Of a DNA stretch of 64,000 nt, positions 27,600 through 40,335 are shown one piece after another. The position numbers and the translations under genes are program-made. The first letter of the stretch is position 1. Each line of letters starts with the position of its first letter. The stretch comes from Octopus sinensis (taxonomy: Eukaryota). The notes under the pieces were generated by a model. It did no database searches and was not told the DNA's origin. It was given only the letters and a program-made list of their open reading frames with translations. The stretch covers positions 35,278,001 to 35,342,000 of the forward strand of contig NC_043007.1 in NCBI RefSeq assembly GCF_006345805.1. Reading direction: 5' to 3'.

Positions 27600-27780
27600 A
27601 AAACGTCGGACAAAATGCTTAATGGCATTTCTTCCGATTCGTTGCAGAGTCTAACTTCTGCCGATTTCGACTCTGTCTTTCTTCCTTTAGGGGTCGATAA
27701 AATAAAGTAGCAGTCAAATACCAGGGTGTATGTAACCGACCAGCCTCCTTCCCTTGTGCCTGTAGCAGAAAGAATTATTT
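27600..27780 (+). mobile_element. SINE family A, old degenerate copy
   Basis: GGGGTCGATAAAATAAAGTAGCAG core. Confidence 0.6.
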
Positions 27781-28709
27781 CTTAATTTTACATCTTTACA
27801 TAGTTTCATTCTTCTACCTATATCGCCAGGTGCTTTGGTTTTGAACTTATACACCTACCCCATTAACCTTTTTATCCTCATAAATCTGATGATATCTAAA
27901 TACGTAGTTAACCGTAATTACAAACTTACCAGAAATCGCGAGACACATATTCATATAGGAAGGAACTAAAGCTTAAATACATCCAGAAGTTACCTACTCC
28001 GTATATTTTTGTGTACATAACACAGAATTACGCCATGTTCAAAGATGGTGATATATGCTAACACGTGCATTTTGAATAATAAATTATGGTGAAACTGTAA
28101 CAGTAATGGAAGGGTAATTATACTGATATACATACAAATAAGACACATTATATAGATACTCTGTTCTAGTATCGCATGATATTCTTCTATGTCATTAAAA
28201 TCTAGTAAACATTATATAAGATATGTTTGTAAGTATACATGTATGTATGTATGTATGTATGTATGTATGTATGTATGTATGTATGTATGTGCATGTATAT
28301 ATGTATGTATTATGTAGGACTATACACACATACGCACACACAAACACACTCACGTATCTTAGGAGTCATTTGGCTAATACAAACACACTGGTAGGACTTC
28401 ACTTTATAAATGAATAAATAAAAGTAATTAATTGATTAATTAAAAATAAACTTCAACAAGCGAGTGTGTCTGCATTGGAAGAATGATTCTCTTAGTACGC
28501 AACAATATCGGTTGCAACATGTAGTCTGATGACAAGAATTTTGAGGGAAAATACTACATACTTATACGTACACATACACACACAAGCTCTCACACACACA
28601 CACACACATTTATTTGAATATAAACATATGCATAAATTTACAGAAGTATAAATTGTATCTATGTATAAATGTATGCACATGCATATGTGTGTGTGTGCAT
28701 ACGTGTTTG

Positions 28710-28741
<32 letters not shown>

Positions 28742-28761
28742 TTATATATATATATATATAT

Positions 28762-28809
<48 letters not shown>

Positions 28810-28883
28810 ATATATATATATATATATTATATATAATGTATATATATATATATATATATATTATATTAATATATATGTATATA

Positions 28884-28933
<50 letters not shown>

Positions 28934-28942
28934 ATATATCTT

Positions 28943-29340
28943 TTACTCTTTTACTTGTTTCAGTCATTTGACTGTGGCCATGCTGGAGCACCGCCTTTTA
29001 GTCGAGCAAATCGACCCAGGACTTATCTTTGTAAGCCTAGTACTTATTCTATCGGTTTCTTTGTCAAACCGCCAGTTACGAGGATGTAAACACATCAGCA
29101 TCGGTTGTTAAGCGATGTTAGGGAGATAAACACAGACACACACGTACACACACACACATGTATATATACATATAGATATATATATATATATATATATACG
29201 ACGGGCTTCTTTCAGTTTGCGTCTACCAAAACCACTCACAAGGCTTTGGTCGGCCCGAGGCTATAGTGTAAAAGAGACTTTGCCCAAGGTGCTACGCAAG
29301 GTGGACTGAACCTGGAACCATGTGGTTGGTAAGCAAGCTA
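28943..29340 (-). mobile_element. SINE family B within (AT)n region
   Basis: Family B similarity. Confidence 0.88.
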
Positions 29341-29407
29341 CATGTATGTATGTATATATATATATACATACATGCATAAATATATGTATACATGCATATA
29401 TATATAT

Positions 29408-29471
<64 letters not shown>

Positions 29472-29667
29472 TGTATGTATGTATGTAGTATGTATGTAGT
29501 ATACACGTTTATGCATTTACTTTGCAAGATCCTTGATATGAAATCTTGTATTGGAAACAGATATTCTTATACTTGGGATATTCATACTTTACCAATTAAA
29601 CACACGCACTAGTTCATCTGTTTAATTGACAAAATATGGCCATCCCCAAGTATATATGAATAGTATA

Positions 29668-29709
<42 letters not shown>

Positions 29710-29751
29710 CACACACACACACACACCATATATATATATATATATAATATA

Positions 29752-29788
<37 letters not shown>

Positions 29789-30113
29789 CCTATACCCCTA
29801 TGCATCAGTGTTCCGTGTCTGTATGTTCTCTGTGTGTTATACTTGTTAGTACATAAATACAACGCTTTTTGCTGATTGTGAAACTCAATCCTCAACAGCT
29901 GAATGTTTCTCAAATAACTAATCACTATTGTTTTGCTTTATTCACATCTGGTAAATTCATTCTTCTCGTTGTTGTTCTACAACGCAGTTCAGCTGCTGAC
30001 ATAATAAAAATTTCCCTTTTCATTTTTCAAAAACATTCTATTTATTTCGTTTCGAGCCAAGTAAGGAAACGAATGTAAGCAAGAAGTGGTGGAGAAACCT
30101 TTGCCCGTATAAA

Positions 30114-30905
30114 GGCGGCGAGCTGGCAGAAACGTTAGCACGCCGGGCGGAATGCTTACCGGTATTTCGTCTCCCGTTATGTTCTGAGTTCAAATTCCAC
30201 CGAGGTCGACTTTGCCTTTCATCCTTTCGGGGTCGATAAATTAAGTACCAGTTACGCACTGGGGTCGATATAATCGACTTAATCCGTTTGTTTGTCCTTG
30301 TTTGTCCCCACTGTGTTTAGCCCCTTGTGGGTAGTAAAGAAATAGGTATTTCGTCTGCCGCTGTGTTCTGAGTTCAATTTACGCCGAGATCGACTTAGCC
30401 TTTCATCCTTTCGGGGTCGATAAATTAAGTACCAGTTACGCACTGGGGTCGATATAATCGACTTAATCCGTTTGTTTGTTCTTGTTTGTCCTCTCTGTGT
30501 GTAACCCCTTGTGGGTAGTAAAGAAATAGGTATTTCGTCTGTCTCTGAGTTCAATTTACGCCGAGATCGACTTTGCTTTTCATCCTTTCGGGGTCGATAA
30601 AATAAGTACCAGTTACGCACTGGGGTCGATGTAATCGACTTAAACCCTTTGTCTGTCCTTATTTGTCCCCTCTATGTTTAGTCCCTTGTGGGCAATAAAG
30701 AAATAAGAAACGTTAGCACGCCAGGCAAAATGCTTAGATATATTTCGTCTGTCTTTACGTTCTCAGTTCAAATTCCTCCTAGGTCGTGTTTGCCTTTCAT
30801 TCTTTCGGGGTCGATAAATTAAATACAAGTTTCGTATTGGGGTCGATCTGATCGACTGACCACTTTCCCCAAAATTCCAGGCCTTGTGCATAGAGTAGAA
30901 AAGAA
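30114..30905 (+). mobile_element. Head-to-tail array of four SINE A units
   Basis: Junctions AAGAAAT|AGGTATTTCG at ~30345 and ~30529; fourth unit joined via AGAAA microhomology at ~30706. Confidence 0.92.
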
Positions 30906-31454
30906 TTTGGAGAAACTGCTTCAATCGTTTTTGAAGTTTTTTTCTTGCCAAATCAGTCTTTTTTATTTTCATCAGAATTCTAATATTTGCAATTTAAAAA
31001 AAAAAATTCCAAGTGGATTTATGGTTAAGGAGTTTATATTGCAACTACGTGGCTTTATGATCATGTCCCACTAATAATTATGAAATTCCAGTAGAAATAT
31101 GGTGATATAAATATGTATCAAAAAAGATATCAGAGAACAGCAATGTGACCGTAAGAAATATCGATCCATACAGACAAAAGCGATCAAAAATATTCGCACG
31201 GATATTGTTGTCAAAAACTATCAGAAAACGAGAAACTTCCTAATCGAAATTGTTAGTCTCAGCTAGATGATCATCTGTCTCTAAAAGAGGTGGAGAAATT
31301 ATCTAAATAATACATCTTAAATGGATGTAACCAGAGTGTGTGGAATGAAAGGGAAAAAAAGGACTTATAAATATGTCCGACAAAATATGCAAAAATTGAA
31401 CTATTAGATGCTGCGTATATATTGTGTAGAGTAATCGCAATACAGTATAAACTG

Positions 31455-31712
31455 AGACCCCCTTCGGTAACGACACAGACTATGGGATTGCACCTAGAAA
31501 GTTACCCTCCCAGGCACAAGTCCGGGCAAGGTTGTTTATGGAAGACCAGCAGTCGCCCATGCTTACCGGCCTCCCCTCTCCACGCCACCAGTGTTATCCA
31601 AGGTGCCGATACAGCTTGGCACCTGTGACATTGCAACTCATTTCTACATCTGAGTGAACTGGAGCAACGTGAAATAAAGTGTCTTGCTCAAGAACACAAC
31701 ATGCAGCCCTGT
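31455..31712 (-). mobile_element. SINE family D (CORE-type), 5'-truncated
   Basis: rc GTTCTTGAGCAAGACACTTTATTTCACGTTGCTCCAGTTCACTCAG; matches 39193-39528. Confidence 0.85.
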
Positions 31713-32153
31713 CCTTTTTACATTAACAACAGTTTCAGCTTAACAATAATATTTTGTTGAGTGCATAAAATCGTGACTCCATGCATGAATGATATTTTCA
31801 GTCAGAAATATTTTTTTTGTAAAACTGTCGTATGTTGGGCTTACTACATTTTTGAAAAATACTAAACCGTTGTACTACACTTTGACAATTTTCATCTGAA
31901 GCAGCTAGAGACGCGATAGTTTAACCAAAAGAACCGGCTATTGCCAGAAAAATTAAATATTGAACAAAATGCATTTGGCCAAATTTAGACATACGATAAT
32001 TTAACATAATAGCAATGGTTTGTTCTACTAAAAAAGATATCTATATTATATGCTGTCACCTAGGACAAAAATAGGACAGCCCACTAAACACTGTAGGCTC
32101 TTTGCTATGAAATTAAAATTGGAACCTTCCGCCCACACCAGGATCATCTACCT

Positions 32154-32640
32154 ATTTCTTTACTACCCACAAGGGGCTAAACATAGAGGGGACAAACAAG
32201 GACAGGCACGGGTATTAAGTCGATTACATTGACCCCAGTGCATAACTGCTACTTAATTATCGACCCCGAAAGGATGAAAGGCAAAGTCGACCTCGGCGGA
32301 ATTTGAACTCAGAGCGTAACGGCAGAAGAAATACTGCTGAGCATTTCACCCGGTGTGCTAACTATTCTGCCAGCTCATCGCCTTATAAACAAAGAGATAC
32401 ATGTTAAATATATTTCTTTACTGCCCACAAGGGGCTAAACACAGAGGGAGACAAACAAGGACAGACAAATGGATTAAGTCGATTACATCGATCCCAGGGC
32501 GAAACTGGTACTTTATTTATTTACCCCGAAAGGATGAAAGGCAAAGTCGACCTCGGCGGAATTTCAACTCAGAACGTAACGGCAGACGAAATACGGCTAC
32601 GCATTTCGCCCGGCGTGCTAACGTTTCTGCCAGCTCGCCA
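32154..32640 (-). mobile_element. Two full SINE A copies sharing one outer TSD
   Basis: ACACCAGGAT(GAT)CATCTACCT at ~32135-32153 and ~32646-32667. Confidence 0.9.
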
Positions 32641-32732
32641 CCCTGACACCAGGATGATCATCTACCTCTCCCATCGATTAGTAAATTTACTGCTGAACAG
32701 TATTTCTCTCTCCACCTTCATTTCCTTTTTAG

Positions 32733-33280
32733 ATATAAAGCTAAGGACGGCTTGGTCTTAGAGGAAAGTAACCTTGGAAACCAACAAGAAAACAGAAGAC
32801 AAACACGCAAGACAACTCAGAAAACCCCCGTCCCGAAGAACATTGTGTAGGTATTGTAAATGATGAAAATTTGTTTAAAATAATAAAAGACCGGGGAAAA
32901 GCTGAATTGCCAGAGAACTGGGGTGAGGATATTGAGGTGGTACTATCGAAATGCCAACTGGATGAACTTCAAGATGTACTTAAGAATGTTTACGTGTTGA
33001 TATATGGGAGATTAGACAGGAAAAAGAAAAAGGAACTTGAGAGACGTTACGGCATAATATTAGAGGACTGTGTAGAGTTTGATTCGATTAGGTAAGAGGG
33101 CAAGTAAGTAGCGTTGACCGATGGGGCGGTTAATATCCCTTTCATTACTCATTTCACCCCTTTCATTTTTATCATACGCTTGTGGGGGGGTTTTTTCGGT
33201 GTTTTGTGTCCCCAATGTTTTGTATTGTCCCATTCTGTATATATCCCCTTGTGGGTAATAAAAAATCAGAAAGTAACCTC
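32733..33280 (+). other. Protein-like ORF remnant followed by a 3' tail resembling SINE A tail 1 (retroelement 3' end or host exon)
   Basis: Frame 32772-33095 ...ENWGEDIEVVLSKCQLDELQDVLKNVYVLIYGRLDRKKKKELERRYG...; tail CCCTTGTGGGTAATAAAAAA at ~33246-33265; also bounded by TTTTAG| and AG|GTAAGA. Confidence 0.45.
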
Positions 33281-33865
33281 GCAATTTATCTACCACTTTT
33301 CTTCATTTGCTACAAGGCATAGAAAAATGACTTCCCGTTCCTTACCAAACGAAAACGCCCTTAGCAATATATAGAAGGATATTTGACAAGGCAACATATC
33401 AATTTCCACTTAATATAAATTAGTTGAATTCCTTCTTCTATGTTTGGGTTCTCGAAGTAATTGAAATACTAGGTTAAATAAATAGCGCTTTGTTAAGATA
33501 GGCGTCACCAACGTAGACTAGAAGACTAAAAAGCTAAATTAAAACACAGAATGGACACTTTTCCATAGTGAATAAAATAAGATAACCTAAATGTCGTTGA
33601 TAATCCTTCTATGATTATCTGTGATATTTAGAGAAAAGCATGATATATAAATAAATATGCAGTACATATAACTCTCGAACAAACACTACAGCAGACATTG
33701 AAATCCATTGCAACATAATCTGCCTTAAGTATCATAATAGGTTGTAAAAAGTACAATCTGAAGGAAAACTAGTTCTTTCAAAATGAATCTTTTGAAAATA
33801 ATTCCTTAAAATGTTATAGGGCAGAATGAGCTAAGAATATATAAATACGTAAATGTAGAAACGTC

Positions 33866-34010
33866 AGGCGTGGCTGTGAAGTAAAAAGTTTGCTTCCCAA
33901 CCACTGCGAAGCACCTTGGGCAAGTATCTTCTACTATAGCCCGGGGTCAACCAAACCCTTATGAGTAGATTTGGTAGAAGGAAACTGAAAGAAAATATTT
34001 GTGTGCGTGT
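33866..34010 (+). mobile_element. SINE family B, 5' part
   Basis: GGCGTGGCTGTGAAGTAA head, CACCTTGGGCAAGT. Confidence 0.7.
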
Positions 34011-34056
34011 GTGATTTTCACATGCACAGAGTACCCAGGATCACAACTATATATAT

Positions 34057-34284
34057 TTCTTTACTACCCACAAGGGGCTAAACACAGAGGGGACAAACAA
34101 GGACAGACAAAGGGATTAAGTCGATTACATCGACCCCAGTGCGTAACTGGTACTTAATTTATCGACCCCGAAAGGATGAAAGGCAAAGTCGACCTCGGCG
34201 GAATTTGAACTCGGAACGTAACGTCAGACGAAATACGGCTACGCAGGTCGCCCGGCGTGCTAACGTTTCTGCCAGCTCGCCGCC
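34057..34284 (-). mobile_element. SINE family A, full length, tail 1
   Basis: Near-consensus copy. Confidence 0.92.
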
Positions 34285-34540
34285 TTTAAATCACAACTAT
34301 ATAATGTGCTGTTCCCCTCTGTGTTTAGCCTCCTGTGGGAAATAAAGAAATAAATTACCTAATGTGCTTGTTCTAAGGGGAGGATGTTTGATATATGTAT
34401 GCATCAAAAGTAATGGAGTGCTAATCCATTGGTGTCTTCCCGAGTGAGCTCGAACCTCATCCTCATGGACGTTTTTTTTTTTATATATTTTCAAGACGGC
34501 GCTCCTGCATGACCACAACTCAAAGACTAAAAGGGATAAA

Positions 34541-34871
34541 GGATCTTTACCTTTTGACCGACAGATTTTTAAAATAATTTTTTGTAACTAAACACTTTCA
34601 AACTTTGGACACTGGTAGAATGTGCCGATAGTCGTTGTTGACAAACAACGGCAGTAATTTTATTCAGCTGAATACATGTCATTGATTGGTTGAAATAACC
34701 GAAATACGAGAACTTTAACGTGAAATAACTTCTTAAATATAAGCTTTTCTCAAAAACGCTAAGAGTAAAAGATATTTTATATGACACATTCTACCAGTGT
34801 CCGAAGTTTGAAAGTGTTTAGTTACAAAAAATTTTTGTTTTTTAAGTCTGTCGGTCAAAAGGTAAAGATCC
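34541..34871. mobile_element. Merlin-like MITE, second subfamily
   Basis: TIR GGATCTTTACCTTTTGACCGACAGA; 8-bp TSD GGGATAAA/GAGATAAA. Confidence 0.85.
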
Positions 34872-35237
34872 GAGATAAAGTTTTTGAAGCCTTGTACAAA
34901 CTTAATTTTTTTTAATTATTCAAAGGCAAAAATACGAACTGATTAGACGGTTGTATGAATTCCGGATCTTGGGTGGTAAATGTAAAACACTTCCAGGCTT
35001 AACACTACCATCTGGACCTTAGGTACCTTTGGCGGTTTTAATTCTGCTGGAAGTATTCGGATCAAGTCCTTGGTCTGAGGTTAACTTACTTCTTTCCTAC
35101 ACACCAAACGCAGTGGCACCGAAAATAGTCACAAGTGTTGCAATTCCTCAACTGACTGCCATTAATTAAAGAGTTGGGAAACCATCTCACCAAAGCGTTA
35201 CGTTGGTTTCACATTTTAGCACAGTGCCAGTAATTTT

Positions 35238-35561
35238 TCACTGGTACTTAATTTATCGACTCCGAAAGAATTAAAGGTAAAATCGACCTCGGCGGAATTT
35301 GAACTCAGAAAGTAACGGCAGACGAAATACCTATTTTTTACTTCCCACAAGGGGCTAAACGCAGAGAGAACAAACAAGGACAGACAAACGGATTAAGTCG
35401 ATTACATCGACCCCAGTGCGCAACTGGTACTTATTTAATCGACCCCGAAAGGATGAAAGGCAAAGTCGACCTCGGCGGAATTTGGACTCGGAACGTAGCG
35501 GCAGACGAAATACCGCTAAGCATTTCGCACGGCGTGCTAACGATTCTGCCAGCTCGCCGCC
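35238..35561 (-). mobile_element. SINE A dimer
   Basis: Junction AAAAAAT|AGGTATTTCG at ~35330. Confidence 0.88.
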
Positions 35562-35578
35562 TTAACAATAACAGCAAT

Positions 35579-35664
<86 letters not shown>

Positions 35665-35688
35665 GTAATAATAATAATAATGACAATG

Positions 35689-35750
<62 letters not shown>

Positions 35751-35772
35751 CATTATGATGATGATGATGATG
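35562..35772. repeat. (AAC)n/(AAT)n/(GAT)n compound microsatellite
   Basis: Direct inspection. Confidence 0.95.
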
Positions 35773-36369
35773 AAAATTTCGACAAATACGATTTAGATGG
35801 TGTAGATTACGGTTACGTTGAAATTTGCTTTTGTTTTCTCGCACCTTTCAGAAAAATGGGTATTTTTTTAAGGAAAAGTTCTACAAATAACTATCAGATG
35901 GTTTGGATTTCTATTATTTAAGGAATTTGATGTTAAAAAGAGGCCGGATATTATTTCACGCATCTCGACTCTTTTTCTGATTAGTTTTGGTGATTTAATT
36001 ACAATTATATAGAAAAAGAATTACTTTTGAGACCCATGTGATCCTTATTATTTCCAACATATTAAACGACCACGTAGAGACGGACTAGCTTTCAATTTGT
36101 TCGAAAGAGAGAGATTAAGATTGCGATAAAATAATGAATGAAAAACGTATTCAATGATAAGTGTTAATATTGTACTCCTCTTTTTTCCAAAGATTTAATA
36201 CAAAGAATTTTCAAGGAAGGGTGGAATGGTCTTCAGAAACGATTTTTTAAACATAATTGTAATTAAGTCGGTAAAAAGTAAAAGAAAAACAAAGCAGAGA
36301 TGCGTGAAAAATCCCCCTTCTCCATTCTTTCCAACTCAACTCTTATATAATCGTTATTTATACTACCTA

Positions 36370-37170
36370 AAAAGTATTTGTAGCAAATTTCATTTAAAAA
36401 ATCCTAATTTTTCTGAAAGTTATGTAAAAGTAAATTCGTGGCCTGTAAATTATTCGAAATTCATCTCTCCCCCGCTATCCCTGAAATATATTTTTCACAT
36501 CAAATTCCGATATAAATGTAAACTACTTCGTGTGAAAGGTATTTGTAGAAAATTTCACTAAAAAAAAAATTCCTGTTTTTCTGAAAGTTATGAAGTAAAT
36601 TCTAGGCGTGCGAATTATCTGAAATTACTCACCCTTACTTCCTCGCCACCGTTGAAAAATATTTTTCACAACGAATTCCGCTAAATGTGTAATCCACACT
36701 ATCTGCAAAGTATCTCTCTTTTACTCTTTACTCTTTTACTTGTTTCAGTCATTTGACTGCGGCCATGCTGGAGCACCGCCTTTAGTCGATCAAATCAACC
36801 CCGGGACTTATTCTTTGTAAGCCCAGTACTTATTCTATCGGTCTCTTTTGCCGAACCGCTAAGTGACGGGAACGTAAACACACCAGCATCGGTTGTCAAG
36901 CAATGCTAGGGGGACAAACACAGACACCCCCCCCCCACACATATATATATATACACATATATACGACAGGCTTCTTTCAGTTTCCGTCTACCAAATCCAC
37001 TCACAAGGCATTGGTCGGCCCGGGGCTATAGCAGAAGACACTTGCCCAAGATGCCACACAGTGGGACTGAACCCGGAACCATGTGGTTGGTTAGCAAGCT
37101 ACTTACCACACAGCCACTCCTGCGCCTGTAGAAAATTTCAATTAAAAAAATGCATTTCTGAAAGTTATGA
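36370..37170. repeat. Degenerate ~165-bp tandem repeat interrupted by SINE B (36720-37126, minus)
   Basis: TGTAG(C/A)AAATTTCA..TTTCTGAAAGTTATG at ~36378, ~36543 and ~37128. Confidence 0.7.
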
Positions 37171-38546
37171 GAGAACAAAATCGGGGGTAGGGGTATAATT
37201 GTGTAGGTATGCCCAACTGACGTAAATAAAGCCAGTTTTCTTATTCAGCTCTCTTCAATGACACTCAAGAAAATATGAAAACACTATTTTTTAGCTGAAG
37301 CTGAAAGCATACATTATTTAGCTGAAGGTGGATAAGACTTACAATTTATAGAAAATAGCATTGTAAATATTTGGGTAACCTTTATATTTCTAGATGTATA
37401 CACAGATATTATTTTTTTAAAAAGCGTTAGATTTGCGATTGAAGCGTGTACTTGAAATAGTCAGTAATAACAGAAATCTAAAAACCACATTATGATAAAA
37501 AATCTATTATAACTGGAATTTATAAAAATTTTCTAGATAGTCTACACTTTAATAATTGCTTTCTTTTAGTAATAGTTGCATGATCCCAAATAATTAATAA
37601 GCAGCTTTCTTTATTATAGTATAGATGGCAATTGATGCTGTGAAAATAAACAAGAAGAATGTATCATGCTTGAAATGGCTACAAGAAGGTAACGGACACA
37701 TTAAAATTCTGGAGGCCCAAATTTTGATAGGAGCTAAGGTTTATGGTACGACGAAAGAATGAAGGATGTTAAGTTTTAAGGCACTACAATGAAAAAAGGA
37801 TTTCAGATTTAGGGTACTACAAAGAAAGAAGGGCGCTAAGACACATTTACCCTCTCCTTGTTATGGAAGACCCAGAATTATATACTACAAGTACCCCTCG
37901 GCTTGAGTTTCTTCAGTTAAATAGTTCAATAATCGTATTAGAATATCATTGAGATTGGAGGAAAAACATTTTAAAATGCAATAATGAAACGAGACAGGCT
38001 TGCAACTCGGTAAGAAAATTTGGGGTTTTACAAGGAGGAGATGTTGGGTTTTTTCTTAATTTTGTTGATATTTGAACCTAAATGAATTTTTGTATTTGCT
38101 TTTTACATGCCGGGTCTGTAGAAAGAGACAGCACGTATCACCTTTTCAGGATCCCGTTCCCCGAAATCAATGAAACTGATGCTGTTAGTGTTCCGTTTAA
38201 AATACTGCAATGAAAAGACATGAGGCAGAGAAGAGAGTCTGAAGGCCGATATTCTAGGAAGAAACAGTTGAGCTTAGTGGTCAGTGCAAAACCTGGTGGT
38301 GGTGGTGGTGGTAGCTACGAGGGAAGGGGTGGTGAGTAGTTCGGGAGGATCTGAGTGAAGGAGATGCAAAACCAGCCAGCTCCGAGAAATAGACCATTAC
38401 GGTAGTCGTAGAAAAAGCAGAGAGAATATAGTAGATTTGTGAACCAGACACTAAACTGTGTTGTGAATATGATCGATTTATGGATATTTCGGCGATCATT
38501 GAATTCTAAAAACTAATTTAGATTTTAAAATTTACCAATATTATTA

Positions 38547-38610
<64 letters not shown>

Positions 38611-39130
38611 GTGCCACCTTTAATATATAGTAGAGTACAGGATATAATGGAACATAACGGATGTAGAATTTAGAGTTCGTAGCAATAGGAATCTTCCTAA
38701 AGCAAGGTCACATATTACACAATGTCAGGTATCCAGCGACTATATACTCCAAGAAGAGAAGGATGTACGGCAGTATTGAGTGTCATGAAGAATTCTTAGA
38801 ACGCAGCTATCAATAAGGCTTCCTGAATTCACAATTAAAAAAATTCTTTTTCCAGTAGGGCAGTTTGGACCGATGATACATACAATGCGATCGAAACACC
38901 ACAGTATCTCGAAATACCCCTGTATCAATAAATCGCATGAGTTATAAGCATACATTGCCTAAAGGGAGGAGGTATTCTCCGGTGGCGAAAAACAATAGTA
39001 ATCAATTACTAACGTTCGAATCTGCCAGAACGTATTGAAAAAGAAAAGAAATATATTAGGATCATACAAAAATCTAGTAAACTTATCACAGCAAGTCTAA
39101 GAAACTGTATTAAATTTCAGTAAAATGTGT

Positions 39131-39187
<57 letters not shown>

Positions 39188-39192
39188 TATAT

Positions 39193-39528
39193 CGTGACCC
39201 CTTCGGTCATGACACTGACCATGGGCTTGCACCTAGAAAGTTACCCTCCCAGGCACGAATCTGGGCAAGATTGTTTATGGAAGACCAACAGTCGCCCACG
39301 CATACCGGCCTCCCCTCTCCACGCCACCAGTGTCTTCCAAGGGAAAGGCAAAGGCCGATACAGCTTGGCACCTGTGACGTCGCAACTCATTTCTACAGCT
39401 GAGTGAACTGGAGCAACGTGAAATAAAGTGTCATGCTCAAGAACACAACACGCTGCCCGGTCCGGGATTCGAGCTGACAACCTCACGATCGTAAGCTCGA
39501 CGCTCTAACCACTGAGCCATGCGCCTTC
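39193..39528 (-). mobile_element. SINE family D (tRNA head + CORE), full length
   Basis: rc GGCGCATGGCTCAGTGGTTAGAGC...CTCGAATCCC (A/B boxes), CORE-like CTCCAGTTCACTCAGCTGTAGAAATGAG. Confidence 0.88.
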
Positions 39529-39567
39529 ACACACACACACACGCACGCACGCACACGCACGCACACG

Positions 39568-39650
<83 letters not shown>

Positions 39651-39651
<1 letters not shown>

Positions 39652-39853
39652 TTATTATATAGAAGGAGCTTCTACAGGACTAGAACTGTTTCATTCAAGA
39701 GAAATCTTCAGGAAGCTGCTTCCTGAAGATTTCTCTTGAATGAAACAGTTCTAGTCCTGTAGAAGCTCCTTCTATATAATAAATTAATTTTACTCTGCTA
39801 TGTATTGAGTACCTTATTTACTGTGGTTAACCCCGAATCAACCCGGGACCTAC
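39651..39853. mobile_element. Penelope-like pLTR remnant with perfect 66-bp fold-back, inserted in (AT)n
   Basis: 39651-39716 is the exact reverse complement of 39718-39783; same right end (CCCGGGACCTAC) as 51580. Confidence 0.75.
39718..39766 (+). ncRNA. Type I hammerhead ribozyme motif (mirror copy on minus strand 39667-39717)
   Basis: GCTTC-CTGAAGA-TTTC(TCTT)GAAT-GAAA-CAG(TTCTAGTC)CTG-TA-GAAGC; predicted cut after GUA at 39761. Confidence 0.75.
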
Positions 39854-39860
39854 ATATATA

Positions 39861-39906
<46 letters not shown>

Positions 39907-40335
39907 GCGTGAGCATGCGCGCAAATACACACACACTCAAACACGCACACACACACATCTATCTTTGTCTCTTCTCCCTCTGCCCCCCTCTCTCTCTCTC
40001 TCTCTCCTCTCTCATATATCGTTTCCAAACTATATTATTTGTAATAACTAGTGTATAGGTCAGCAAGCATATCAGAATACAAAAATACTTTCAAGATCTT
40101 AATGCCGTGGAACTGTGGCAGTGAAAAGGTTACAGAAGTGTGATGAAACGTTTTGACATTTCTATTAAATAAACAAAAGTTAATGTAAAAGTTTCCACGT
40201 ATCCTCAAATGGCTAAACTGACACTTCTGTGACGTAATAGTTTCAATTTCAACACTAATACATCAAGTCATTTCTAAAATAGGTATAACTACCGTATATG
40301 AAGGTGTATTAGACGTACTTTTTTTTATCCTCAAA

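Noticed and set aside
30114-30905. Regularly repeated units superficially like a CRISPR or satellite array
   Set aside because: Units are SINE monomers with no unique spacers; eukaryotic context
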